Below are positions 46,617 to 56,123 of a stretch of 64,000 nucleotides of DNA, one piece after another. The notes below the pieces were generated by a model. That model worked only from the letters and a program-made list of their open reading frames with translations. It did no database searches and had not been told where the DNA came from. This DNA comes from Myxococcota bacterium (GTDB lineage Bacteria > Myxococcota_A > Polyangia > Nannocystales > Nannocystaceae), in NCBI GenBank assembly GCA_039028615.1, contig JBCCHT010000048.1, positions 29,576-93,575 of the forward strand, given 5' to 3'. Numbering within the stretch: the stretch's first letter is position 1; each line of letters begins with the position of its first letter. The translations under genes were made by a program, and so were the position numbers.

Positions 46617-47162
46617 GCCCGCCCTCGCCACTTTGGCCTTCTTGGCCGCCCTGCCCTTGGCCCGCCGAGCCTTGGCCTGCTCACGCGCCCGTCGGCGCCG
46701 CAGCGCGGTCAGCTTGCGACCGAGGGTGCGGTGCAACGCCGGGGCGCCCCACCAGTGGGTCGGACACAGATCGTGCTCGGCCCCGTCGCGGCGCTCGATG
46801 ACGAAGACCTCGTGCAGCGGCGGCGGTCGTTGCTCGACGTGCAGCGCCGCGATCTCGTCGATGGCCACCGCCCGACGCCGCGTGCCGTCGTGGAAACGCA
46901 CGCGTCGGCCGGCCAAGACCGCGGCCCGGGGCAGCCGGGCGATGAGGATCGCTCTGGCCATCGCCAGCACCGCGACCACCGCCACGATCAGCGCCAGGCG
47001 GACCACGATCACTTGCCCGCCGACGAGCGCCGACCACGCCGGGGGGATCCGTACCAGCACGACGACGATCGCCAACAGGACGAACGCCACGCCGATGACC
47101 ACGCGGGACGACAACCCGGTCCAGTCGTCGGGACGAGCCACGCGCAGGAAGCGGCCGAGCAC
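46581..47162 (-). CDS. Hypothetical membrane protein (2 TM + PH-like beta region, basic tail)
   Basis: Two hydrophobic helices. GTG start 6 nt after TACGCT. Confidence 0.6.
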   Translation of the reverse strand: MLGRFLRVARPDDWTGLSSRVVIGVAFVLLAIVVVLVRIPPAWSALVGGQVIVVRLALIVAVVAVLAMARAILIARLPRAAVLAGRRVRFHDGTRRRAVAIDEIAALHVEQRPPPLHEVFVIERRDGAEHDLCPTHWWGAPALHRTLGRKLTALRRRRAREQAKARRAKGRAAKKAKVARAGSTVAAPEPKKP

Positions 47163-47203
47163 GGCGCAAGCGTAGCAGCCACGGCATGAGTATCCTGCTG
47201 GTC

Positions 47204-47638
47204 ATGCGCATGCCGTGGCCTTTCCTCGCTCTGCTGCTCGCCCTGCCCGGCGGCTGCGCGACCGACCAAAGCTGCACCGAGATCGGCTGCGACCACGAGG
47301 CGGTCGTCACCTTCCCGCCCGGGCTGCTCTCCGGGGCCTACACCCTGATGCTGCGCGGCGACGCCGAGACGCTCACCGCCCGCTGCCTCGATCCCGGCAG
47401 CGAGGAGGCCGCCGAGAACCCGGCGGGCCTCACCTGCGACTCGGCCAGCTTCACCCTGCTCGGCATCGACATGGCCAACGAGCGCGAGATCATCGTGACC
47501 GTGATCCCCGACGAGGGCGACGAGTTCTCGGCCGCGGTGCGACTCGAGGCCGTCGACGAGATCACGCCCAACGGCCCCGACTGCCCGCCCGTGTGCTTCG
47601 TCCGCAACGGGCAGGTTCGGCTGCAGGGCGAGCCCTAG
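47204..47638 (+). CDS. Hypothetical lipoprotein (CTEIGC ... PNGPDCPPVC)
   Basis: Lipobox 'ALPGGC', paired Cys motifs. Start re-called to ATG 47204, 7 nt after TATCCT. Confidence 0.7.
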   Translation: MRMPWPFLALLLALPGGCATDQSCTEIGCDHEAVVTFPPGLLSGAYTLMLRGDAETLTARCLDPGSEEAAENPAGLTCDSASFTLLGIDMANEREIIVTVIPDEGDEFSAAVRLEAVDEITPNGPDCPPVCFVRNGQVRLQGEP

Positions 47639-47650
47639 TCGGGCGGGTCG

Positions 47651-48568
47651 CTACTGGAAGTCCACGCGCAGCTGATAGCCGCCCGCGCCGATTTCCGCCT
47701 GATCGACGACCAGGTAGTACTCGCCCGCCTCGGGCAAGAAGTAGGTCATCTGCGCGGCTTGGCCCGCGGGGGCGACCTCGCAGGCCAGCTCGCTGAGCGC
47801 GGCGCACCCGGTACGCAGGCTGATGAGCGGGGCGAAGCCGCCCGAGGTCTCGACGGTGGCGACCATCGTGCCCGGGTAGTTGGCGAAGAGCAGGAACATG
47901 TTCTCCCGCCCCGGACCGCCGCAGTACGAGTCGACGCGGCCCTGCCCCTGCGTGAAGTCGTTGTTCCACAGGAACGCGGAGCCCGGAATCTGCTCGATGA
48001 CCTCGGGGTGCACGGAGCACTCGTCGATCGGCACGTCGCCGAAGTTCACGTCGAACGCGTAGTCGCCCTCGGCCCCGGTGGAGCTGTCGATGATGATCGA
48101 GTAGGTGTGCCCGGCCAGCGCGAGGAAGTGGAACTGCCCCTCCTCGAAGTTGCGGGTGCAGATCTTGGTGACGCCGGTGTTGACGTCGCAGCCGTCCTCG
48201 ATGACGCGCAGGGTCGGCGTGAAGTCGGTGTTGCCCGCATCCAGGCGCAGCAGCACGTCGACGTCGTACTCGGGGGTCAGCGAGTACACATCCTCGGGGC
48301 CACCGTCGGCGCCGCACCAGCCCTCGGCGAAGCTCGGTCCCGACAGCGACCCGGTGTGCGTCATGGGCACGAAGGGCATGGTGATCGGGTTGTTGCAGGT
48401 GCCCGCGCGGTTGGGGTCGCCCGGATCGTCGCCGTCGTCGTTGCCCGCGCTGCCGCCTTCGTCGTTGACGTAGTCGGGCGCGAAGGGGTCCGACCGCAGA
48501 CCGCACCCGCTGGCCGACGCCACGAGCAAAGCCACGGACCCGACGACCAACGAAGACAGGCGAAGCAT
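47651..48568 (-). CDS. Hypothetical lipoprotein with two tandem Cys-containing beta domains (PPC-like)
   Basis: Lipobox 'ASGC'. Repeated 'CG..GGPEDVY / CGGPGRENMF ... Y.(I/L)(I/V)(I/V)D...G.Y.(F/L).V' units. Promoter TTGACG-18-TACACC 6 nt before the ATG. Confidence 0.7.
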   Translation of the reverse strand: MLRLSSLVVGSVALLVASASGCGLRSDPFAPDYVNDEGGSAGNDDGDDPGDPNRAGTCNNPITMPFVPMTHTGSLSGPSFAEGWCGADGGPEDVYSLTPEYDVDVLLRLDAGNTDFTPTLRVIEDGCDVNTGVTKICTRNFEEGQFHFLALAGHTYSIIIDSSTGAEGDYAFDVNFGDVPIDECSVHPEVIEQIPGSAFLWNNDFTQGQGRVDSYCGGPGRENMFLLFANYPGTMVATVETSGGFAPLISLRTGCAALSELACEVAPAGQAAQMTYFLPEAGEYYLVVDQAEIGAGGYQLRVDFQ

Positions 48569-48815
48569 GCCCCCGGTGTAGCATTGTGAGTTTCGCGACG
48601 TCAAAACCTCGTCCTCACTCGCGGAAGCTCCGCCTGGGCACAAACGGGGTCGCGGCTTCGGTGCTGAGCGCAAGGGTTCACTCGTCACGCCCACTCCCAC
48701 GCGCGACGACCATCGCCGTTGCCCGCAAAGTGAACCTGCGCCCGCACCCCTCCCCTGCACCCCCGTTCACGCGCGAGGGCGACCCTCGTTGCCCCGCGGG
48801 CCGCATGGTTGTTCG

Positions 48816-50600
48816 CTAGCCCATTCGCCACAGCCGCTGCACGTGCAGCTGGAGCCGTCGCTGGCCGCGGAAGGTCTCGACCTCGGGGGCGAACACACAG
48901 CCGACGGTGTCGCCGAGCTCGAGCTCGTGGTGCGCTTGGCTGAACGCGATCGCTTCTCGTCGCTCTTCGCCTTGCCGCAGGGTCAGCTTGAGGTGCTTGC
49001 CCTTGAGCACGCGGACCTTGTCGACCACGGCGTGCTCGCAGGCGAAGCGGGGGCGATCGAAGCCGACACCATAGGGACCGACCTCGCCCAGCGCCTCGAC
49101 GAACTCCTCGTCGATCTGCTCGAGCGGCACGACGGCATCGACGACCTCGGTGGGCGGGGCCTGGTCGCGACCTTCTCGTTGCCGGGCGACCGCGGCATCG
49201 AAGGCCTCGATGAGCGCATCGAGGTTGTCGAGCGCCACGGTGGCCCCGGCCGCCTCGCGATGGCCTCCGAAGCGCACGAGCAGCGCCTCACACTCGGCCA
49301 GGGCCGCCCGCACGTCGACACCGCCGTAGCTGCGCACCGAGCCGCGGGCGATGCCGGCCTCGCGATCGATGGCCAGGATCAACGCGGGGCGCCGATGATG
49401 CTCGGCCACGCCCGCGGCCGCAATGCCCACCACGCCCGCGAGCCAGCCGTCGTGGGCGATGACCAGCGCGGATCGTTGTTCGAGCTTGGGGTCGGCCACC
49501 AAGAGCGCCAGGGCCTGGGTCACCGTTTCTTGCTGGTGACGTTTACGGCGCGCATTGAGGGTCTCGATCTGCTCGGCCAGCGGCAGCGCCTCCGCCTCGG
49601 AGCTCGCCCGCAGAAGACGGAGCGAAGGCTCGGCGGGCCCCAGGCGACCGGGCGCGTTGATGCGAGGCCCCATGCGGAAGCCGAGGTGACTCTCGTCGAT
49701 GCGATCGCGAGGATGCACGCCCGAGGCGCTGAGCAGCGCTCGTAGCCCGGGCCGAAGCCCTCGCCCCATGTTGCGCAGGCCGTGCGTGACGAGGACTCGG
49801 TTCTCCTCGACCAGCGGCATCATGTCGCAGACCGTCGCCAGCGCGACCAAGTCGAGCCACGCCCGCGGATCGGGCAGCGACTTCATGCCCGCCTGCTGCA
49901 GGTGGGTTCGCAGCGCCGCGCACAGATAGAAGGCCACGCCGGCCGAGCACATCCCCTTGAACGGGAACGCGCAGTCCGGCTGGTGCGGGTTGATGAGCGC
50001 ATCGCAGGGCGGCATCTGCTCGGGGACTTGGTGGTGATCGATGACCACCGTCCGCACGTCTCGCTCCTGCAGCCACTGCAGCGCCTCGATGTCCGAGGTG
50101 CCGCAATCGCCCGTGACCAGCAGATCCACCCCGGCCTCGACGAAGGCCTCGGCGTCGGACACCCCGAGCCCATAGCCGCGGTGGCGATGGGCGACACGAG
50201 CCACCACCGAGATCCCGAGCGCCTCGAGAAACGTGGTGAGGATGGTGGCCGTGGTGACGCCGTCGACGTCGTAGTCCCCGAACACGCCGACGCGCAGGCC
50301 CTGGCGGCACGCGGTCTCGAGCAAGCGCAGCGCCACGGGGAAGCCGGCCATGCCGTCGGGGCGCCGCAGGTGCGCCAGCCGGGGCTCGAGCACCTTGCGT
50401 TGCTCGGCTTCCTCGGTGACCCCGCGGGCGAGCAGCATGTGCGCGACGACGGGCGAGACCGAGAGTCGGTCCGCGGTCTCGAAGATTTGGTCCGAGCTGA
50501 AGCCGCCCCCGCGTAGCTCGAGCGTGGGTCGGTCGGAGGCCTCTTCGAGCGACGCTTGCGGCTCGTGAGGCGCTACCGGAGTCGCGGCCGCCATCGACAT
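48816..50600 (-). CDS. recJ: Single-stranded-DNA-specific exonuclease RecJ
   Basis: 'GDYDVDG', 'TGDCG', 'IDHH', 'PRINAPGR', 'RGSVRS', 'FGGH..AAG'. Start re-called to ATG 50600. Confidence 0.96.
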   Translation of the reverse strand: MSMAAATPVAPHEPQASLEEASDRPTLELRGGGFSSDQIFETADRLSVSPVVAHMLLARGVTEEAEQRKVLEPRLAHLRRPDGMAGFPVALRLLETACRQGLRVGVFGDYDVDGVTTATILTTFLEALGISVVARVAHRHRGYGLGVSDAEAFVEAGVDLLVTGDCGTSDIEALQWLQERDVRTVVIDHHQVPEQMPPCDALINPHQPDCAFPFKGMCSAGVAFYLCAALRTHLQQAGMKSLPDPRAWLDLVALATVCDMMPLVEENRVLVTHGLRNMGRGLRPGLRALLSASGVHPRDRIDESHLGFRMGPRINAPGRLGPAEPSLRLLRASSEAEALPLAEQIETLNARRKRHQQETVTQALALLVADPKLEQRSALVIAHDGWLAGVVGIAAAGVAEHHRRPALILAIDREAGIARGSVRSYGGVDVRAALAECEALLVRFGGHREAAGATVALDNLDALIEAFDAAVARQREGRDQAPPTEVVDAVVPLEQIDEEFVEALGEVGPYGVGFDRPRFACEHAVVDKVRVLKGKHLKLTLRQGEERREAIAFSQAHHELELGDTVGCVFAPEVETFRGQRRLQLHVQRLWRMG

Positions 50601-50731
50601 CGCGGCATTGTCACCCGAAGGGCCCATACGTACTACGGCCGACAACCCGAGGATTGCCGGCCAAGTTGCCCTACGAGAGGGACAATCGCGGGTCCGCGGG
50701 GAGATCACCTCCCCGCGTCACCGCCCCTGGT

Positions 50732-52150
50732 TCAGGAGTCCTCACCCGAATCGGGTGAAGGTTCGGCCGGTCGCCGACGGCGTCGCCGACGGCTGGCTTT
50801 GCGCGGCGCCCCGGGCTTGCCCGCGGCCTCATCGGAGGCCACGGCCTCGGCGTCCACCTCGACGGGCGGTGCATCGTCCCCGCCACCACCGCCGGCCGCG
50901 GCTCCGCCGAGCAAGGTGCCCGTGCCTTCACGCTCGTCCTTGTCGATGCCGATGAGGTGCCCCTCGCCCTTGTAGAAGCGGCGGTTGATCCACAAGAAGA
51001 CCGGCGTCGCGATGTACAGGGAGGAGTAGGTACCGACCAGCAGGCCCACGATGAGGGCGAAGGCGAAGTCCTTGATGGGCCCCGTGCCGAGCACGTAGGT
51101 CGCCGCCACCACCATCAACGTGGTCACCGAGGTCAGCAGCGTACGGCTGAGGGTGTCGTTGAGGGCTTGGTTGGTGGTCTCCTCGATCGGCTCGTCGCGG
51201 TGCAGGGCCACCCGCTCGCGCACGCGGTCGAACACCACGATGGTGTCGTTGATGCTGTAGCCGATGATGGTCAGTACCGCCGCGATGGTCTGGAGGTTGA
51301 ACTCCTTGCCCGTGATGGCGAAGGCACCGATGACCAGGAACGCGTCGTGCGACAGGGCCACGATTCCGCCCGGCGCGAAGCGCAGGTCGAAGCGGAACAT
51401 GACGAACAGGAAGATGAAGCCGATCGCGAAGAGCAGCGACTTGATGCCGTCGTTCTTGAGCTGACCGCCGACCTTGCTGCCGACGGTCTCGGCCCGGACG
51501 ATGTGGTCGATGCTGCCGGCTCCGAGCACGCCCTCGAGGTCCTCGCGAACCTTGGCGCCGATACCGATGAGCGCGACCTCGATGGGGAAGGTCTCGACCT
51601 CGCCATCGGTGACCATCGAGCTGGTGGTGCCCTTGTCGGCCGAGCCTTGGCAGCCGGCCTCACCGAGCACCCGCTCGATCTCGCGGTGATTCGGCTCGGT
51701 GTCGTACTCGAGGAAGATCTTCGAGCCCTGAGCCGGGTGGGTGAAGTCGAGGAGCTTCGACTCGCCCACCTGCTGCACCGCGGCCTCGCAGGCCTCGAGC
51801 ACGCTGTCGTCGATGCTGACCGTCTCCTTGATCCGAACGAGGACCTCGTTCTCTTTGTCCGGCACCGCGACGGCGGAGCTGCCCTCGTAGCCGAGGTCGT
51901 TCAGCGCGTCGCGGACTTGGCCGACCTCGACGTTGGTGCCCTCGGTGAAGGCCAGCTGGATCTGCGACCCGCCGGCGAAGTCGATGCCGAAGTTCAGCGG
52001 CGCGCCGGTCGAGACCTGGTTGGAGATCAGCGTGAACAGCGAGATGGCGATGAGCACCAGCGAGAAGCCGATGAAGCGCCAGCGGTTCTTGACGAACTGG
52101 ATGTTCGTCCCCGGGGGGACGATCTGGAAGAACTTGTGAGTCTTGGCCAT
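50732..52150 (-). CDS. secF: Protein translocase subunit SecF
   Basis: 'GIDFAGG', 'ETVG', 'HD', 'GYSINDTIVVFDRVRE', 'TLSRT', 'GTYSS'. Confidence 0.97.
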   Translation of the reverse strand: MAKTHKFFQIVPPGTNIQFVKNRWRFIGFSLVLIAISLFTLISNQVSTGAPLNFGIDFAGGSQIQLAFTEGTNVEVGQVRDALNDLGYEGSSAVAVPDKENEVLVRIKETVSIDDSVLEACEAAVQQVGESKLLDFTHPAQGSKIFLEYDTEPNHREIERVLGEAGCQGSADKGTTSSMVTDGEVETFPIEVALIGIGAKVREDLEGVLGAGSIDHIVRAETVGSKVGGQLKNDGIKSLLFAIGFIFLFVMFRFDLRFAPGGIVALSHDAFLVIGAFAITGKEFNLQTIAAVLTIIGYSINDTIVVFDRVRERVALHRDEPIEETTNQALNDTLSRTLLTSVTTLMVVAATYVLGTGPIKDFAFALIVGLLVGTYSSLYIATPVFLWINRRFYKGEGHLIGIDKDEREGTGTLLGGAAAGGGGGDDAPPVEVDAEAVASDEAAGKPGAPRKASRRRRRRRPAEPSPDSGEDS

Positions 52151-52165
52151 GGCCCGTGCCTCTCC

Positions 52166-54325
52166 TTAGATGGACACCCGGTCGAAGCCGCGGCGGTTGG
52201 CCTGGAAGTCGAAGAGCAGGCGGCTACAGAACACCCCGGTGAAGATCGAGGTGGCGATGCCGATGAGCAGGGTCACCGCGAAGCCCCGGATGGGCCCCGA
52301 GCCGTACTGGAACAGCACGATGCCCGCGATGGCGGTGGTGAGCTGAGCGTCGAAGATGGTGGTGAACGCTCGGTCGTACCCCGACTCGATGGCCGCGCGG
52401 GCCGTATACCCGTCGCGTAGGTAGTCGCGTATTCGTTCGAAGACGATCACGTTGGCATCCACCGCCATACCGATGGTGAGCACGATGCCCGCGATACCCG
52501 GCAGAGTCAGCGTGGCCTCGAACATCGCCATGGCGGCGAGGATGAGGATCATGTTGAGCACCAGGGCGAACACGGCGATGAAGCCCGAGCCCCGGTAGTA
52601 GATGAGCATGAAGATGACGACGCCGGCCAAGCCGTAGATGAAGGCCTTGGCGCCGCGGTTGACCGAGTCCTCGCCGAGGTCGGCACCGACGCGGATCTCG
52701 AACTCCTTTTGGAGGCGAGCCGGCAGCGAGCCGCTCTTGAGGACCTTGGTGAGGTCGTTGGCCGCCTCGCGCGGGTTCTGACCCGGGGTCGCCCCCAGGG
52801 TGATGCGGAAGCTGTCGCCGAGGCGCTCGTTGAACACGGGGTCGGAGCGGACCGAGTCGTCGAGCACGATGGCCATGCGGCGACCGACGTTGTCGCCGGA
52901 CAGCTGCTCCATGGCCCGGGCGCCGACGCGGTCGAGCTTGACGTTGACCTCGGGCGCGTTGGTCTGCTGGTCGAAGCCGACGGTGGCCGAAACGACGTGC
53001 TCACCGGTCACGCCCGCCCGCGAGCGGAGCATGTAGGTGCGCCAGACGACCTCGGGCTCGGCATCGCGCCGCAGCGGCAGCGGCACGGGACCGTACGCGA
53101 CCATGAGGTTGGACGGCAGTCGCCACTGCGGGGGCAGGCTGGCGAAGAACTGCTCGAGCGTCTTGCGCTCCTTGGCGTAGAGCGCGTAGGGCTCCTTGAC
53201 GGCCACGCCGTTCTCGCGACCGTACTCCGGCAGGCGATTGACGGAGATGCCCATGCCCTGGGTGATGAGGTCCGCGTCGAACAGCGCCTTCAAGTAGGGC
53301 TTGCCGGTGTCGCGGAACAGCGCCTCGTCGTCGACGAGGTGCATGCTCAGCACGGCCTGCCGCTCGATGATCTTGAGCAGCCGGCTGAAGTCGCCCGCGT
53401 TCTGCAGCACTTCGGCCCGCGCCGTCTCGGACAGCCCCAGTACCAGCGTGTCCTTGTCGGCCTCGATCTTCGAGTCGCCTTCCATGAAGGACAGCTCCGA
53501 GGTGACGTTGGGGTCGGCGATGGTCTGGCCGTCGGGCGTGATGACCTCGGCGAAGACCTTGCGCAGCACCGTGTCCGCGTCGGGGTCGGCGTCGGGAATG
53601 GTCAGCGAGAACGCCCCCGGGTCGCTGCGCAGCTCTTGCTCGCGGACCTGCGGGTAGCCGGCGCTCTCGAGCTTGTCGATGACACCGCGCGCAGCGTCGG
53701 TGGCCGCAGCCCGGACCTCGGTGGAGGTGTCGGACAAGCCAGGCAGCTCGACCACCAGCTGGCGGTTCTTGGGATAGATGTTGGGCTCGGAGACGCCCAT
53801 CGCGTCGACCCGGCTACGCACCGTGTCGAGGGCGGTGACCACCGCGTCCTTGCGGAGCTCGGCCAGCTTCTCCTCGGGCATCTTGAGCGTGATGACGCCG
53901 TCGGCCTCCTTGGGGCCTTCATCGACCTCGACGCGCTCGAGCAAGTCGAAGTGGACGCCCATCACGTCGTCGGTCGCAGCCTCGATCTGGGAAGGGTCGT
54001 CGAACACGATCTTGATCGTGTCGTTGCCCTCCACCTCGGTGGAGACCGTGATGTTCTTCTTGGTCTTGAAGCCGGCTTCGAGTTCGGCCGCCACCTGGTC
54101 GAGCTTCTTGCGAACCGCCTCGTCGACGGCCACCGAGTACTCGAGGTGGAGACCACCCTGAAGGTCCAGCCCGAGCTGGAACCGGCTTTGGAAGTTATCG
54201 GTAATCCACTCGGGGAGGTCGAGGGAACCGGGAGCAACCGTCGCGATGGACGGCAAAATCGCGAGCACCGCCCAGGTCATCAACGCGACCAGGGCCAGGG
54301 CCTTGAGCTTCAAAAAGCGGCGCAT
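52166..54325 (-). CDS. secD: Protein translocase subunit SecD
   Basis: 'LGLDLQGG', 'RVDAMGVSEP', 'AIVLD', 'GSLP', 'TLPGIAG..LTIGMAVDAN', 'GPIRGFA'. Confidence 0.97.
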   Translation of the reverse strand: MRRFLKLKALALVALMTWAVLAILPSIATVAPGSLDLPEWITDNFQSRFQLGLDLQGGLHLEYSVAVDEAVRKKLDQVAAELEAGFKTKKNITVSTEVEGNDTIKIVFDDPSQIEAATDDVMGVHFDLLERVEVDEGPKEADGVITLKMPEEKLAELRKDAVVTALDTVRSRVDAMGVSEPNIYPKNRQLVVELPGLSDTSTEVRAAATDAARGVIDKLESAGYPQVREQELRSDPGAFSLTIPDADPDADTVLRKVFAEVITPDGQTIADPNVTSELSFMEGDSKIEADKDTLVLGLSETARAEVLQNAGDFSRLLKIIERQAVLSMHLVDDEALFRDTGKPYLKALFDADLITQGMGISVNRLPEYGRENGVAVKEPYALYAKERKTLEQFFASLPPQWRLPSNLMVAYGPVPLPLRRDAEPEVVWRTYMLRSRAGVTGEHVVSATVGFDQQTNAPEVNVKLDRVGARAMEQLSGDNVGRRMAIVLDDSVRSDPVFNERLGDSFRITLGATPGQNPREAANDLTKVLKSGSLPARLQKEFEIRVGADLGEDSVNRGAKAFIYGLAGVVIFMLIYYRGSGFIAVFALVLNMILILAAMAMFEATLTLPGIAGIVLTIGMAVDANVIVFERIRDYLRDGYTARAAIESGYDRAFTTIFDAQLTTAIAGIVLFQYGSGPIRGFAVTLLIGIATSIFTGVFCSRLLFDFQANRRGFDRVSI

Positions 54326-54346
54326 GGATCGGCCTCCTGGGCCTTC

Positions 54347-54754
54347 TTAGGCGCCCTTGCGGGCGTCGTCCTTCTTGGACTTGGCGTCCTTGGACTTGTC
54401 GTCCTTGGACTTGTCGTTCTTGTCGTCCTTGAGCGCTTCGGCCTGGGTATCGTTGATGTCCTTTTTGAGGACTCGAACCCGGACCTTGTCGGCGATCTCG
54501 ACGACGGCAATCTTGGGGTCTTCGGCGTTGGTCACTCGTCCCAGGATTCCGCCCTGGAGCACGACCTTGTCGCCTTTTTGCAGCCCCTCCACCCGCTTGC
54601 GACGGTCCTTCTCTTGCTTGCTCATCGGCCGCAGCACGATGAAGTAGATGACCGCGAACATCAGGACGATGGGCAGCAGTCCGCCCAAAGACGAGCCGGT
54701 CGACGGCGCACCTTCGGCGAGCAGGGGAGCGGCGGTGAGGAAGCTGAGCAACAT
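54347..54754 (-). CDS. yajC: Preprotein translocase subunit YajC
   Basis: 'IYFIVLRP', 'LQKGDKVVLQGGILG'. Sits between tgt and secD. KSKDD-repeat tail. Confidence 0.95.
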   Translation of the reverse strand: MLLSFLTAAPLLAEGAPSTGSSLGGLLPIVLMFAVIYFIVLRPMSKQEKDRRKRVEGLQKGDKVVLQGGILGRVTNAEDPKIAVVEIADKVRVRVLKKDINDTQAEALKDDKNDKSKDDKSKDAKSKKDDARKGA

Positions 54755-54882
54755 CGGGGAACCGAACCGGGCAGGAAGGGAAGACGAGCGCCAAGATATC
54801 GCCCGTAGGCCGCTCGTCTGACCGGTGACCGTGCAGGCGGCACACCGAATCCACGGCGCTCAGGGGCGCGCGAGGAGCGGCA

Positions 54883-54911
54883 GGGGTAGCAGAGGGCCCC
54901 GGGGTGGTCAA
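54883..54911 (-). promoter_or_regulatory. Putative sigma70 promoter of yajC-secDF
   Basis: TTGACC-17 nt-(TGc)TACCCC. Confidence 0.5.
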
Positions 54912-54926
54912 GGCCGCGCCGCGGGC

Positions 54927-56123
54927 CTACTTCGACGGGTAATGCCGCGTGATCACGGCAGAAAGTTCGTCGACCACCTCCGCAAAGGAGCCGTCTCGCA
55001 GCGCGGTGCGCAACACCGCAACCCACTGGTGAAAAAAGTACAGGTTGTGGATGGTGGCCAGCCGCCCGAACAACGGATCGTGCATCCGCTCGAGGTGACG
55101 CAGATAGGCGCGGCTGAAGCGCCGACATGTAAAGCAGCCGCAATCGGGGTCCACGGGGCTCGAATCGTCCCGCAGCTTGGCCCAGCGGATGTTGAGCCGA
55201 CCCTTCCACGTGAACAGCTGAGAGTTGCGAGCGTGCCGGGTGGGCATGACGCAGTCGAACATGTCGACGCCGGCGCGCACGGCGGCAAGCAGATCCGCCG
55301 GGGTACCGATCCCCATGACGTAGCGCGGCCGGTCCTCTGGCATCAGCGGGGCGACCGCGGCCATGGTCGCGTGCATCGCCGGAATCGGCTCGCCGACGCT
55401 CAGCCCGCCGAGCGCCAGGCCGTCGAAGGGCAGCGGTTTCATCACATCGAGATGGGCCCGACGCAGCTCGAGATCGGTGCCGCCCTGGACGATGCCGAAG
55501 CACAGCTGCTGGTCGGACAGAACCTCGCCGCGCATGTCGGCGGCTTCGCGAGCCCAGCGAGTCGTGCGGTCGACCGCGTCGTTCATCGCCTTCGCATCGG
55601 CATCGCCGGGCGGGCAGTGGTCCAAGATCATGCAGATGTCCGAGCCGAGCTTCGCCTGGTTTTCGAGCACGCTACGCGGCGTCATGCGGTGAGCGGAGCC
55701 GTCGAAGTGCGTGCGGTAGTCGACGCCGCCGTCGTCGATCTTCTGGAGCCCGCGCAGCGAGAAGACCTGGTAGCCGCCGCTGTCGGTGAGGATGGAGCGG
55801 CGCCAGTTGATGAAGCCGTGCAGGCCCCCCATGGTCTGCACCAGCTCGGGACCGGGGCGATGACTGAGGTGATAGGCGTTGCCCAAGATCACCTGCGAGC
55901 CGACCGAGCACAGCTCGTCGGGCGTCAGGCCCTTGACCGCGCCATAGGTGCCGACCGGCATGAAGCATGGGGTGTCGACCGGTCCGTGGGCGGTCCACAG
56001 CCGTGCGGCGCGAGCCGGGCCGGAGGTCGCGAGCACGTCGAAGGTGCCGGGCGGCTGAGCGGGAAGCGAAGGGTCGTCGGCGGGCAAGCCCTGCGCCGGA
56101 TCGGGTCGAAGTGCGGTGTTCAT
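54927..56123 (-). CDS. tgt: tRNA-guanine transglycosylase
   Basis: 'TPCFMPVGT', 'TDSGGYQ', 'GIVQGG', 'DMFDCVMPT', Zn site CGCFTC..H. ATG overlaps the queA stop. Confidence 0.97.
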   Translation of the reverse strand: MNTALRPDPAQGLPADDPSLPAQPPGTFDVLATSGPARAARLWTAHGPVDTPCFMPVGTYGAVKGLTPDELCSVGSQVILGNAYHLSHRPGPELVQTMGGLHGFINWRRSILTDSGGYQVFSLRGLQKIDDGGVDYRTHFDGSAHRMTPRSVLENQAKLGSDICMILDHCPPGDADAKAMNDAVDRTTRWAREAADMRGEVLSDQQLCFGIVQGGTDLELRRAHLDVMKPLPFDGLALGGLSVGEPIPAMHATMAAVAPLMPEDRPRYVMGIGTPADLLAAVRAGVDMFDCVMPTRHARNSQLFTWKGRLNIRWAKLRDDSSPVDPDCGCFTCRRFSRAYLRHLERMHDPLFGRLATIHNLYFFHQWVAVLRTALRDGSFAEVVDELSAVITRHYPSK

